Assembly: GCA_963764725.1 (NCBI GenBank)
Contig: CAVXTM010000018.1
Coordinates: forward strand, 651,630 to 715,629
Reading direction: 5' to 3'
Origin: an uncultured Gammaproteobacteria bacterium
Lineage (GTDB): Bacteria > Pseudomonadota > Gammaproteobacteria > JACCXJ01
Length of the DNA: 64,000 nucleotides
Numbering within the stretch: the stretch's first letter is position 1; the number at the start of each line of letters is the position of its first letter. Positions 52,345 to 61,819 of the stretch are shown here, in pieces. A program made the translations under genes and the position numbers. The notes beneath the pieces were generated by a model, which was not told the origin of the DNA, searched no databases, and saw only the letters and a program-made list of their open reading frames with translations.

Positions 52345-52371
52345 CGATGCGCTCGTTCTAGCACATCCTAC
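52345..52371 (-). repeat. REP-like sequence right of RAYT
   Basis: Reverse complement GTAGGATGTGCTAGAACGAGCGCATCG. Confidence 0.7.
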
Positions 52372-52834
52372 ACGGGCTCACTATCTACTCTTGCACCTTG
52401 CGCGGGCTGATTCTGGTCGCGACGTAGCGTAGGAGCATGCGACACGCAGACGATCGTAGGCACGTACTCGAGGTCATCATCGCAGCGGTCTGACATAGCG
52501 CCCGGCAAGGATCTGGCCCCGAGCTGGGGGATGCAGGCCTAAATCAATAGATCCTCCCTCGAATGCCGATTTCAAGCCCCAGCGTTAATGTTTCCGATAT
52601 GACGGCTGCAACACGGATCTCTGCGGCAATCTTCACTACGGAGGGGTAATAGGCGTTCTTTCCGACAAACACTATGAACATCGTTGTAAGGATAATTTTC
52701 AGATCGAAATACGGTGCCTATTCACAGCGCGTCTGTTCGTTGGGATCCCATCGACGGCTGCCGAAACAGTCAGAGCTCAGTCGCTCGCCTTGCGCACGAT
52801 CATAACTCCTAAGGCTGGAAGGAGTGCCAGCCTT

Positions 52835-53425
52835 TTACCCATTGATTAGGCTGGCTGTTCGGCCTGTTCCTTGGTCGGGTGACGCTCGGGCGGAACCACC
52901 GGCGAGCTTCGCTAATGCGGCGCGATCGCGCTTCCCAACCTCGTAATTCGACCGGCGCAACGATAACGGATCTTTGGACATCAAGCCGCTCAAAGCGCGT
53001 ATGTGTGTCCGCTGCTTGCTCACGAGCTTACTGATCAAGGGCTTCAAGGTTCGTGACATAGCAGTGTCTTGGAGCATATGCTCATAGTTTTCGAGGCTGC
53101 ACTCCTCGCCCTGCATTAGAACTCTTAACCCGGCTTTATCGCTAAACACATGGGCATCGTGAAACAGTCCACTGGCCAGCGTGCTCAACTCGGACCACTT
53201 ACTTTGTGGCTCTAACTCGTCGGCGGCCCGAATAACGTCCAGCCGGCGGATCTTGGTTCCGAGCAGCGAAGCGGCTTGTACATGATCGACGAGTATGCGA
53301 AATAATTCGTCAACTTCCGGATCACCCTCACCAAGCTTCCATTCTTTGGCACCTAGGGTTTCTTGATAGGCCTCAATCGCTGACAGCTCGTTTCTCCAAA
53401 GTGAATTAATCTCTTCCCGATTCAT
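52835..53425 (-). CDS. DUF2383-like ferritin-fold protein
   Basis: ELSAIEAY, DH, LMQGEE...Y, QRTH; resembles 35692-36153; GGAGG RBS. Confidence 0.7.
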   Translation of the reverse strand: MNREEINSLWRNELSAIEAYQETLGAKEWKLGEGDPEVDELFRILVDHVQAASLLGTKIRRLDVIRAADELEPQSKWSELSTLASGLFHDAHVFSDKAGLRVLMQGEECSLENYEHMLQDTAMSRTLKPLISKLVSKQRTHIRALSGLMSKDPLSLRRSNYEVGKRDRAALAKLAGGSARASPDQGTGRTASLING

Positions 53426-53485
53426 GATGACCTCCGAACCTGCTTTTTGATAGCAGGGTTTGGGAACTTTGATCTATATCGGGCG

Positions 53486-53500
53486 GCAACTGCTGTGCCA
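53486..53500 (-). promoter_or_regulatory. Sigma54 -24/-12 promoter
   Basis: TGGCAC-AGCAG-TTGC, perfect consensus. Confidence 0.65.
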
Positions 53501-53891
53501 TGGCTAGTTAGGTCTAGCGATAGCTATTCATTTTCAGTGAGATAGGGTGTCGCGCTTGAGTGTATGAGCGCGCTCCGCGGGCGAGGCTCCGGAACGGTTT
53601 ACCGATGGAACGTGTAATTTCGGTCCGATTTCACAGCAAGCGTTTCCACCGGTTTGCAAGGTGAGGATCGATGATGGCGTGTAAAGGAAGACTGGAATGT
53701 ATATATCCGGCCTGTTGGTGAGCACGGGTATCGGCTCCGGCCACGATCGAATGTGCGCGTTCTGGTTCCTTATTGGGCGACCGTCTCGAAACGCTACAAG
53801 GGGTTTGCGGATTCATCGTTTGGCCCCGAGAGTTGCACCGTTTGTGGAGACGGACTGATAATTCCCCCGACTGTTCAATTGGAGTGTCCTA

Positions 53892-54101
53892 ATGAAGGTA
53901 TATTCCGCCATTATCGAGCGTGATCCGGGCACCGGCCTGTTTGTGGGATTAGTTCCTGGGTTCCCTGAGGCTCATTCACAGGGTGTGACTCTCGATGAGC
54001 TCAATCGCAATCTCAAAGAGGTCATTGCCATGCTTCTGGAGGATGGCGACCCTCAGCTCGAATCAGAATTTATTGGGGTCCAGAACGTTGCCGTTGCATA
54101 G
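53892..54101 (+). CDS. hicB: HicB family antitoxin (short form)
   Basis: VPGFPEAHSQG.TLDE...NL.E.I. Confidence 0.85.
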   Translation: MKVYSAIIERDPGTGLFVGLVPGFPEAHSQGVTLDELNRNLKEVIAMLLEDGDPQLESEFIGVQNVAVA

Positions 54102-54104
54102 ACC

Positions 54105-54330
54105 GTGGGCAATGTTCCTGTTCTGAAGCCGATCGAGGTCGAGGCAATTCTACTCAGTTAGGCTTCGTGGAAGTGCGCCAGCGCGGATCGCACAAGCAGT
54201 TCCGCGACAGCTCTGGACGCTGCACGACGGTCCCGTTTCATCAGGGCCGCGACATATATCGCCGGTTTTGCTTCGGCAGATCGCAAGAGACGTCGGGCTC
54301 ACAGTCGATGAGATCCTCAAGCGCCGCTAA
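54105..54330 (+). pseudogene. hicA: HicA family toxin, frameshifted
   Basis: GF.EVRQRGSHKQF...TTVPFH...LLRQIARD spread over several frames. Confidence 0.8.
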
Positions 54331-54513
54331 GCCAGCTCGGCAGCAAGCACTTGAACCAGGTATTCATCGTCACCCGCGAGGTCCGTGATCCCGCAGGCGC
54401 ACGCCGACTAAGCCAGATCGGGACCCTGCTCAGCATGCAGATGCTGCTTCGCCTCGTCCTGCCCTTCGGCGCGATCCTCTTCGCCCGCCTCTCCAAGTCC
54501 CGCAGGGCTTGAC
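54325..54513 (+). repeat. Degenerate duplicate of the 3' end of the BT1-like gene (about 50005-50209)
   Basis: Shared GCCAGCTCGGCAGCAAG, TTCATCGTCACCCGCGAGGTCCGTGATCCCGC, TCCTCTTCGCCCGCCTCTCCAAG. Confidence 0.85.
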
Positions 54514-54643
54514 CGCCCGGCAAGGATCTGGACCCGAGCTGGAATCATCGCGGAGGTCCCGTTGAAACCTAACCAAACATATTTCAAATTTGAGGTACCA
54601 CTGCAAGGCCCCCTGCCCTTCCGCGACAGGCACTGTGTTTTCT

Positions 54644-54741
54644 CCCTCTCCCGCCGGGAGAGGGTGGGGGTGAGGGGATCGAAATAGACGCAATTGTTTT
54701 ATTGTATTCCCTCATCCCAGCCTTCTCCCGGAGGGAGAAGG
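54644..54741. repeat. Inverted pair of CCCTCTCCC...GGGAGAGGG REP-like palindromes
   Basis: CCCTCTCCCGCCGGGAGAGGGTGGGGGTGAGGG and CCCTCATCCCAGCCTTCTCCCGGAGGGAGAAGG. Confidence 0.65.
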
Positions 54742-54864
54742 CACTTCCAGATTTGTTGAAGTTAGTCTGTATTCCATTGGCTGTGGGAGAATCCAACGGA
54801 CCAAAAAGCGCACGTACGGTGCGCTGAGCGCACGCGGAACAAGGCTTATGCTTGATGAATGTCA

Positions 54865-55145
54865 CGTTATCGGAGAAACTGGTATGCGTTCGGTATCGCT
54901 ATGACAAACTGCGCAATAGGCGCTACAAAACTGCAGAGCTCGTCCTGGATGAAGTCTCGTAGACCCCCAAGGAGACCGTCCAGAACGGCTCGATGCACCG
55001 CAAACCGTCCGACCGCGTCGGCGTTCGTATTGATTATCCCGAGGTCAAGGCGGTCGGGAGAATATGGAGACCCAAGCAGAAAGTTTGGGAAATGTCCTAC
55101 GGTACCGCAGCCACACTGAACCTCGCGAACCGCATTGAGATGGAC
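54865..55145 (+). pseudogene. Remnant of a conserved hypothetical gene (LVCVRYRYD family)
   Basis: EKLVCVRYRYDKLRNRRYKTAELVLDE...VGVRIDY...W.PKQKVWEM.Y...LNLANRI across frames with an internal stop. Confidence 0.55.
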
Positions 55146-55149
55146 TAAA

Positions 55150-55251
55150 CCTACACACATCTAAGGCTAGATGGGTATATCTATATACACATGTTTGTAT
55201 ATGAAAATTTATGCTTATGATGGCGGGTTCGTTAGTCCATATATGTTAGCC
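55150..55251 (+). mobile_element. attI-like site
   Basis: AT-rich tract ending GTTAGTCCATATATGTTAGCC with no attC hairpin, directly before a cassette. Confidence 0.4.
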
Positions 55252-55275
55252 CTTCTGATCAAGGATTTGCTCTTA

Positions 55276-55938
55276 ATGGATGAGCCACAGTTGATGCAGT
55301 TTGCGAGGGCAGTCAGTTTCGAGCCCGACTATTTGCCAGAATACTTCACCTGGTGGGACAACGTCACGCCAACACAAGTCGAAGAGTATAACCAGTGCCT
55401 GGACAAAGCCTCTAAGGAGCGCGACATACAGATATTCTTAGAGAGCCACCCGAACTTTTTAGTTCAGCACCTTGGAGGTGGACACGGCCGTTGGGTTATT
55501 CCCCAAAAGCAACTCGGCACAGAATTCATCACTGACTTTGTTATTGGTGAACGTCATTCCTATGGTTTCGAGTGGCAGGCAGTTGAATTAGAAAGTCCAT
55601 CGGTTCATCTCTTCACGAAGAAAGGCGATCCATCCGCCGCACTGAACCACGCCATTCGACAAGTCACGGACTGGCGAGCATGGATAAAGAGAAATCAAGG
55701 TTACGCGTCCCGCCGTCGGGAAATGCAGGGCCTTGGTTTGATCGATATTGACTCCTCTGTGAGAGGACTAATCCTCATCGGCCGCGAGCGTGACGTAAGT
55801 TCCGAAACAAATGATCGACGACGCCAACTAGTGCAAGATTTGCAGATCAGCATTCATACATACGACTGGATCGTCCGGGGAACCATAGAACGAATAACGG
55901 CCATTGATCAATCTCACCGTGGAGACAAAGACAGCTAA
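55276..55938 (+). CDS. DUF4263 / Shedu SduA-like PD-(D/E)xK nuclease
   Basis: E..IQ.FL..HP, TDF, VELESP, AIRQV.DW..W, LIGR, I.TYD. Confidence 0.75.
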   Translation: MDEPQLMQFARAVSFEPDYLPEYFTWWDNVTPTQVEEYNQCLDKASKERDIQIFLESHPNFLVQHLGGGHGRWVIPQKQLGTEFITDFVIGERHSYGFEWQAVELESPSVHLFTKKGDPSAALNHAIRQVTDWRAWIKRNQGYASRRREMQGLGLIDIDSSVRGLILIGRERDVSSETNDRRRQLVQDLQISIHTYDWIVRGTIERITAIDQSHRGDKDS

Positions 55939-56025
55939 ACCAAACATTCAACCGCATGCGCGGAACCGCAGTTTTTCCTTCGCTTGGCATTCCGTCGCGC
56001 GGCCGTTAATTGATTTTCGTTAGCC
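55933..56025 (+). mobile_element. Integron attC site (degenerate)
   Basis: AGCTAAAC at the stop codon ... GCGCGGAA / TTCCGTCGCGC ... GTTAGCC. Confidence 0.65.
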
Positions 56026-56037
56026 CGAGGAGAATAT

Positions 56038-56847
56038 GTGCTGACAGATAGTCGTAGAGTCGAGCAGAAGGACAAGACGTTCATAGGGGATATCACAAAG
56101 GAGCGATTCTGCAACCATTTGTTCACTCGACTTATCGCAAAGGGACGGCGATTCACCGAGGTTGACTTCAAATACTCGATATTCGAGAGCTGCTACCTCC
56201 GTAATTGCGTCTTTAATTCGTGCGATTTCACAGGCTGTAGATTCGTAGCGACAAACCTTCATGGCTCAAGTTTCACGGGTTGCAAGTTCGACTACACCAC
56301 CTTCGAGCGGACGCTAGTCGACAACGACGTATTGGACTCGGGATGCCCTGGCCACGAGAATCTGAAGATGAGGTTCGCTCGTACGCTTCGAATGAACTAT
56401 CAGCAGCTTGGGGATGCCAAGTCGGCGAATAAGGCAATTGGCGTGGAGCTGCAAGCGAGCGAGGTTTACTTACATAAGGCTTGGCAATCCAACGAATCGT
56501 ATTATCGGAACAAATACGCCGGGTGGCGACGGTTTAAGGTTTTCGTGGAGTGGATCGACTTCAAATTGCTGGACTTCGTATGGGGCAATGGTGAAAGCAC
56601 ACTCAAGCTGCTGCGCTCGACCGCCTTTATGCTGGCAGTCATGGCTCTGGCCGATGTTCTTGCGTTTCGAGACCCGCAGAGTCTAGGCAGTTACACGGCT
56701 GCCCTAGTTGAGGCGCCACAGATTTTCCTTGGTACGTTCACGCCGAAGCATTATCCGGGCGGGTATGTGACTGTGATACTGCTTACTAGGCTAATCGCGT
56801 TTGGCTTTTTCATGTCCATAATCATCAAACGCTTCAACCGGCGATGA
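56038..56847 (+). CDS. Pentapeptide-repeat protein with C-terminal 2-TM channel-like domain (Hailong HalA-like)
   Basis: F..xDF/C.F pentapeptide repeats, WGNGES, TM-loop-TM ending FFMSIIIKRFNRR. Confidence 0.75.
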   Translation: MLTDSRRVEQKDKTFIGDITKERFCNHLFTRLIAKGRRFTEVDFKYSIFESCYLRNCVFNSCDFTGCRFVATNLHGSSFTGCKFDYTTFERTLVDNDVLDSGCPGHENLKMRFARTLRMNYQQLGDAKSANKAIGVELQASEVYLHKAWQSNESYYRNKYAGWRRFKVFVEWIDFKLLDFVWGNGESTLKLLRSTAFMLAVMALADVLAFRDPQSLGSYTAALVEAPQIFLGTFTPKHYPGGYVTVILLTRLIAFGFFMSIIIKRFNRR

Positions 56848-57489
56848 CTATGCATATATACGCATTTGGATCGCTATGCCGAGGGGATATAGGCCTTGAC
56901 TCGGATATTGATCTGTTAGCGATAGTAGACCGTCATGACTGTCGTCTCGATCAGAAGCTGTTCTCCATCTATTCCTACAAAAGACTCCAAGAACTTTGGC
57001 ATCAGGGAAACCCATTTGCTTGGCACCTTTCACTTGAAGCGCGGCTGATTCATGCGCCTGATGAGCGCGACTACCTAAAGCACCTAGGCCATCCGAATAC
57101 CTATCGGCACTGTCGCACAGACTGCCAACGATTCTTTGCCCTTTTCAAGGAAGCACGTGTTTCATTAAATGCAAGCGATAGAAGCACGGTATTCGATTTG
57201 TTCGACCACTTTTCTAAGCATACGGAACTTTGCCAGCTGCTTTTCTTTAGGTGTTAGGAGAGTCCCGGATTTCGGGAGGCATTCGGCCTTAAACTTGGGT
57301 GATGATGCGATCCATCTTGCAGCACAGCCTTATCGTGTTTTGGAAAGGGCGCGGATACTGTGCACCAGAGGCTATGGACTTAGCATTTCGCCAGATGACG
57401 CCGCCCTTGCGATCCGGTCTTTGGGGACGGTCAGTGAATGGATGACCAGACTTATAGAGAGAGCTGAAGACGATGAGCGACTTCAATAA
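56844..57489 (+). CDS. Pol-beta-type nucleotidyltransferase (Hailong HalB-like), frameshift near 57201
   Basis: YAFGS.CRG....SDIDLL, GNPFAWHL; second frame IRNFASCFS...RARILCTRGYG; removing one T joins them. Confidence 0.75.
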
Positions 57490-57790
57490 CCGAGTTGCAG
57501 CTCAAAGAACAGTTCTCCGCCTAGTGAACGCTAGAGCATGGGAGAAGGAAGAGCTGTTCAGTTTATCCAGCAAGGCGATTGAGCGGTGGGTATCGGTTAA
57601 CCGACTTAACCCCAAATGCAGATTAGTGGAGCTTATTACGTCTGCATCTGAAAAGCTGTTCTTTCTTGCGAACAAGAGCCAGGAGCAGATATCTGAGGAG
57701 TACAAGACAACATCACGAGGCTTCGCTTCCGTGGCGGAAGCCATAGAATCGGAGATGGCTAACCACCGCTTCGAGAGGGACGCCCCCTAA
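57473..57790 (+). CDS. Hypothetical 105-aa protein, third gene of the cassette
   Basis: Overlaps the NTase 3' end and reads into the attC site. Confidence 0.7.
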   Translation: MSDFNNRVAAQRTVLRLVNARAWEKEELFSLSSKAIERWVSVNRLNPKCRLVELITSASEKLFFLANKSQEQISEEYKTTSRGFASVAEAIESEMANHRFERDAP

Positions 57791-57819
57791 CGTCGGGCCC
57801 CTCAAGCGGACCGTTTACA
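57757..57819 (+). mobile_element. Integron attC site
   Basis: GGCTAAC (complement of the cassette-start GTTAGCC at 56019), CCGCTTCGAGAGGG / CCCCTCAAGCGG, GTTTACA. Confidence 0.75.
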
Positions 57820-57865
57820 CAGCCCTCGTCGGCTCCTCGGCCAGCCTTTACGGTGGAGAGCTACC

Positions 57866-58681
57866 ATGTCAGAAGCAAACGCTAGGTTCCTGGGTACGAT
57901 CCCCGAGCTATACGATCGCCATCTCGGCCCAGTGATCTTCGAGCCGTATGCTGCGGACCTGGCTCGCCGAGTCGCGGCTGCTACGGCTGCGCCCGTGTTG
58001 GAGGTAGCCTGCGGAACTGGGATTCTCACTCAGCAGCTGCGCGCGCGCCTGTCTCCCACCGTCCGGTTGGTCGCCACCGACCTGAACCAGCCAATGATCG
58101 ACTATGCACGCTCCAAGCTAGGCGCGATGACGTCCATTGACTGGCGCCCGGCCGATGCCGCAGCCCTTCCGTTTCCTTCCGCTTCGTTCACCGCCCTGGC
58201 TTGTCAATTCGGCCTGATGTTTGTCCCCGACAAGGAAGCGGCGTTCCGTGAAGCCCGGCGAGTTCTAGCGAAGGACGGTTTGTTCGCCTTCAACGTGTGG
58301 GCTAGCTTTGAACACAACCCGTTTGGGCGCATCGCGCATGAAACCATTGGAAGTTTCTTTTCCGTAGACCCGCCGAACTTCTATCAGGTGCCGTTCGGAT
58401 TCCACGATCCCGATGTGTTGCGGCGTTTCCTGGATGCAAACGACTTCGGTCAAGTGGAACTTGAGTGGGTCACCCTTGAGGCTCGCAGCCCGTCCGCGAA
58501 ATCGTTTGCCGTCGGACTCGTCAAAGGCAACCCCGTAAGCATCGCGATCCAGGAGCGTGAGGTCGCCCTAGATCCAATCGTTGACGCACTCGAAGCTGCT
58601 CTGGCGCGAGTCGGTGGCGATCATCCGTTCCGCTCAACGATGCGGGCGCTCGTAGTCACCGCGCGGGCGGGCGCTGTCTAA
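57866..58681 (+). CDS. Class I SAM-dependent methyltransferase (cassette)
   Basis: VLEVACGTG, TDLNQPM, ADAAALPF, CQFGLMF; stop lies in GTCTAAC (R'' box). Confidence 0.9.
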   Translation: MSEANARFLGTIPELYDRHLGPVIFEPYAADLARRVAAATAAPVLEVACGTGILTQQLRARLSPTVRLVATDLNQPMIDYARSKLGAMTSIDWRPADAAALPFPSASFTALACQFGLMFVPDKEAAFREARRVLAKDGLFAFNVWASFEHNPFGRIAHETIGSFFSVDPPNFYQVPFGFHDPDVLRRFLDANDFGQVELEWVTLEARSPSAKSFAVGLVKGNPVSIAIQEREVALDPIVDALEAALARVGGDHPFRSTMRALVVTARAGAV

Positions 58682-58698
58682 CCATACAATTCCTCCCC

Positions 58699-60887
58699 AT
58701 GCCTCAGCAGTTCGACGATGTCGGTGATTGTGTCGACGCCGCGCTCCGGCGTGTCGGCAAGCGCATCGTGCTGGCACTCCCGCTCGCACTCGGCAACCCC
58801 GTGCCGCTGGCAAATGAGTTCTACCGGCGCGCGTTCCGCGATCGGTCGATTACGCTTAAAATTTTCACCGGCTTGAGCCTGCGCAAGCCGCAAGCGTCGG
58901 GCGAGCTCGAACGCCGCTTCCTCGATCCGTTCGTCGCACGGGTCTTCGGCAACTACCCGGAGCTCGACTACGTCGCGGCCGTGCGCGCGGGCCAGGTGCC
59001 GCCCAACATCGAAGTCATCGAGTTCTTCCTCGAGCCGGGCGCCTATTTGCGTAACGCTTACGCGCAACAGCATTACCTCAGCGCAAACTACACGCATATC
59101 GTCCGCGAGCTGCTCGCGCACGGCGTGAACGTCGTGGCGCAGATGATCGCAACGCGGGTGAGCGAGGGGCGCACGGAATATAGTCTGCAGCTGTAACCCG
59201 GACGTGACCGTCGATCTGCTACCGGAGCTCGACGCCGCCCGCCGCGGCGGGCGCGAGATCGTCACCATCGGCGTGGTGAATCGCCAACTGCCCTTCATGT
59301 TCGGCGGTGCCGAGATCGCGGAAAGCGCTCTGGATTTCGTCGTCGAACATTCGCGTTATGACTACGATCTGTACTGCCCCCCGAACCTCGCCATCGGCAC
59401 GGTGGATTATTTGATCGGGCTGTACGCCAGCGCCCTGGTGAAGGACGCGGGCACGCTCCAGATCGGCATCGGTGAGCTCGGGGATGCGATCGTCTATTGC
59501 CTGCAGATGCGGCATCAGCACAACGCTACCTGGCGAAGCGTCCTCGACGACTGTCGCGTGCGCGAACGCTTCGGTCCGCAGATCGAGCAGATCGGCGACA
59601 CGGAGCGGTTCGAGCGCGGCCTCTACGGCTGCACCGAGATGTTCGTCGACGGCTTTCTGGATCTCTATCGATCCGGAATCCTCAAGCGGCGCGTGTATAG
59701 CCACGCGCTTGTCCAACGGCTGCTCAACGAAGGCAAGATCACGGAACGCCTCGACTCTCGAACCCTCGCACGGCTACTCGAGGCGGGACTGCCGCCGCTC
59801 ATCAATGAAGCCGCATTCGCATCCTTGCAGCAGGTGGGTATCATTGCGGCCGAGTGCAGTTACGAGAGCGGCCGTATCCGCACTCCACAGGGCGAATGGC
59901 TGCCGGCGGACCTCTCGGACGCGGTGACGCGGGAACGGCTTGCGCACGAGTGTCTCGGCACGCATCTGCGCGAAGGCGTGCTGCTGCACGGCGGCTTTTT
60001 CCTCGGACCTAAGGGCTTCTATGCCGCGCTGCGCGACCTGCCCGAAGCCGAGCGGCGGCTTTTCAACATGACCGGCGTGGGCTTCATCAACCAGCTCTAC
60101 GGTGAGGACGCGGCGCGGCGCATCGCGCAGCGCCAGCATGCGCGCTTCATCAACACTGCGATGATGATCACGCTCACCGGCGCGGCGGTTTCGGACACCT
60201 TGGACGATGGGCAAGTCGTGAGCGGCGTCGGCGGACAGTACAACTTCGTGTCGATGGCACATGCGTTGCCGGGCGCGCACTCGGTGTTGGCGGTGCGCAG
60301 TGTGCGCACCAAGGCCGGCCGCACGACCTCCAACCTCGTGTTCAGTTCCGGCCACCCCACTATCCCGCGACACCTGCGTGATGTGGTGATCACCGAGTAC
60401 GGCATTGCGCAACTGCGCGGCAAGACGGACAGCGAGGTCATCGCAGCGCTGCTCAACATCGCCGATGCGCGCTTTCAGGACAAGCTGTTAGCGTCAGGCA
60501 CAGGCTGCCGGCAAACTCCCGCGCGACTACCGGATCCCTGAAGCTCACCGCAACAACACGCCCGAAGCGCTGGAGAGGGCGCTCGCGGGACATCGCCGCG
60601 CGGGATTGTTCTCGGCGTTTCCGTTTGGCAGCGACTACACCGCCGAGGAATTGGTGCTGGCCCAGGCGTTGAAGCGGCTGCGCGAGCGGATGGATACGGC
60701 GGCCGGCAAGGCCGCGGCCGTGGCGACGGCGCTCCTGCGGCCGGGGATTTCGGCGCCCATGCGGCCGTATCTGCAGCGCATGCGGCTCGACCGGCCGCAG
60801 AACATGCGCGAAAGGCTGTTGCAGAGACTGGTGGCAAGCGAGCTTCGGGGGCTTCTGAGCGGCGCGGCCAACCAGCGTAACGGTTGA
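58699..60887 (+). pseudogene. Acetyl-CoA hydrolase/transferase family protein, frameshifted
   Basis: GTLQIGIG, VVSGVGGQYNF, TIPRHLRD.VITEYG, FPFGSDYT; split over at least three ORFs. Confidence 0.8.
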
Positions 60888-60943
60888 TCGCTTTGACCAC
60901 GAAGAGGGACAATCACGACATAGTCCCGAAAAGGAACGCGCCT

Positions 60944-61503
60944 ATGTTTGCACCCCGTTTGAACGCCCCGCCACCTACGAAGACCTGTGTCAGGTGTCGG
61001 CGCATCTCGTGGCTCCGAGATTATTCACGGCCAATTGATCACGCTGCCCCGGCCGCGCCCAGACATGCGCGGGTCACATCTCCCCTTGGTGGGGCTTTGT
61101 TCAACCGATGGAGTGCCGGTTCCGGGCGGCCCCGGCGGGTGGTGGGTATGGACGAGCCGGAGTTGCACTGGGCGCCGACATCCTGGTCCCCGATCTCGCC
61201 GGCTGGCGACGGGAACGGGATGCACGCATTGCCGGAGACCGCCTATTTTAACTACCCCCCGATTGGGTGTGCGAAGTGCTCTGCCCGCGACGGCGCGGAT
61301 CGATCGGGTGGACAAGCTCGGCATCTACGCCGGCGCAGGGCGTCGCCTACGCTTGGCTCATCGATCCGGACGCTTGGACGTTGAGGTATTTACTCTCGTC
61401 GAAGGACGCTGGCGGCTCGATATGGCACTGGAGGACTCCGACGAAGTCTGCGCAGCCCGCCTTCGACGCCATCCGGTTCAGTCTCGCCGCACTGTGGCCG
61501 TAG
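60944..61503 (+). pseudogene. Uma2 family endonuclease, multiple frameshifts
   Basis: TYEDL, EIIHGQL, EPELH, LVPDLAGWRRERM, PDWVCEVL, AWLIDPD across frames. Confidence 0.75.
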
Positions 61504-61819
61504 CCTGCGCGACGCCCGACCACCCTAATCCGTTACGAGATAATCAGCGCCAACGCGCCAGTCAATATCTGCGACCGGAAATGACAGGACCAATTCGGAA
61601 CCGTATCACCGCGCCGCGTTGACGTGCAGGTCAGCACCCGGCCCTAGGGAGCGGGGTGAAGCTGCTCCCGCTCTTGGGCGCAGAGTAATGTAGAGTTCCC
61701 AGAGACCGGAAGCAGCACCCGAAGGCAACGGAGATCTGCGACGCCCAAGCGTCATTGCGTTGTTCCAGTTTTTGGTCGGACGCGTTTTACGACTGTCGCC
61801 CTTCCGCGCCGTTAGGGCT

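Noticed and set aside
54584-54865. Possible intI remnant opposite the attI-like site
   Set aside because: No tyrosine-recombinase motifs recognisable; the ORF is made largely of REP-like repeats
55171-55275. N-terminal extension of the Shedu-like ORF
   Set aside because: It runs through the AT-rich attI-like tract, largely outside the cassette boundary
50300-58700. CRISPR array interpretation of the spaced hairpins
   Set aside because: The repeats differ in sequence and are separated by whole genes; this fits attC sites, and no cas genes are present
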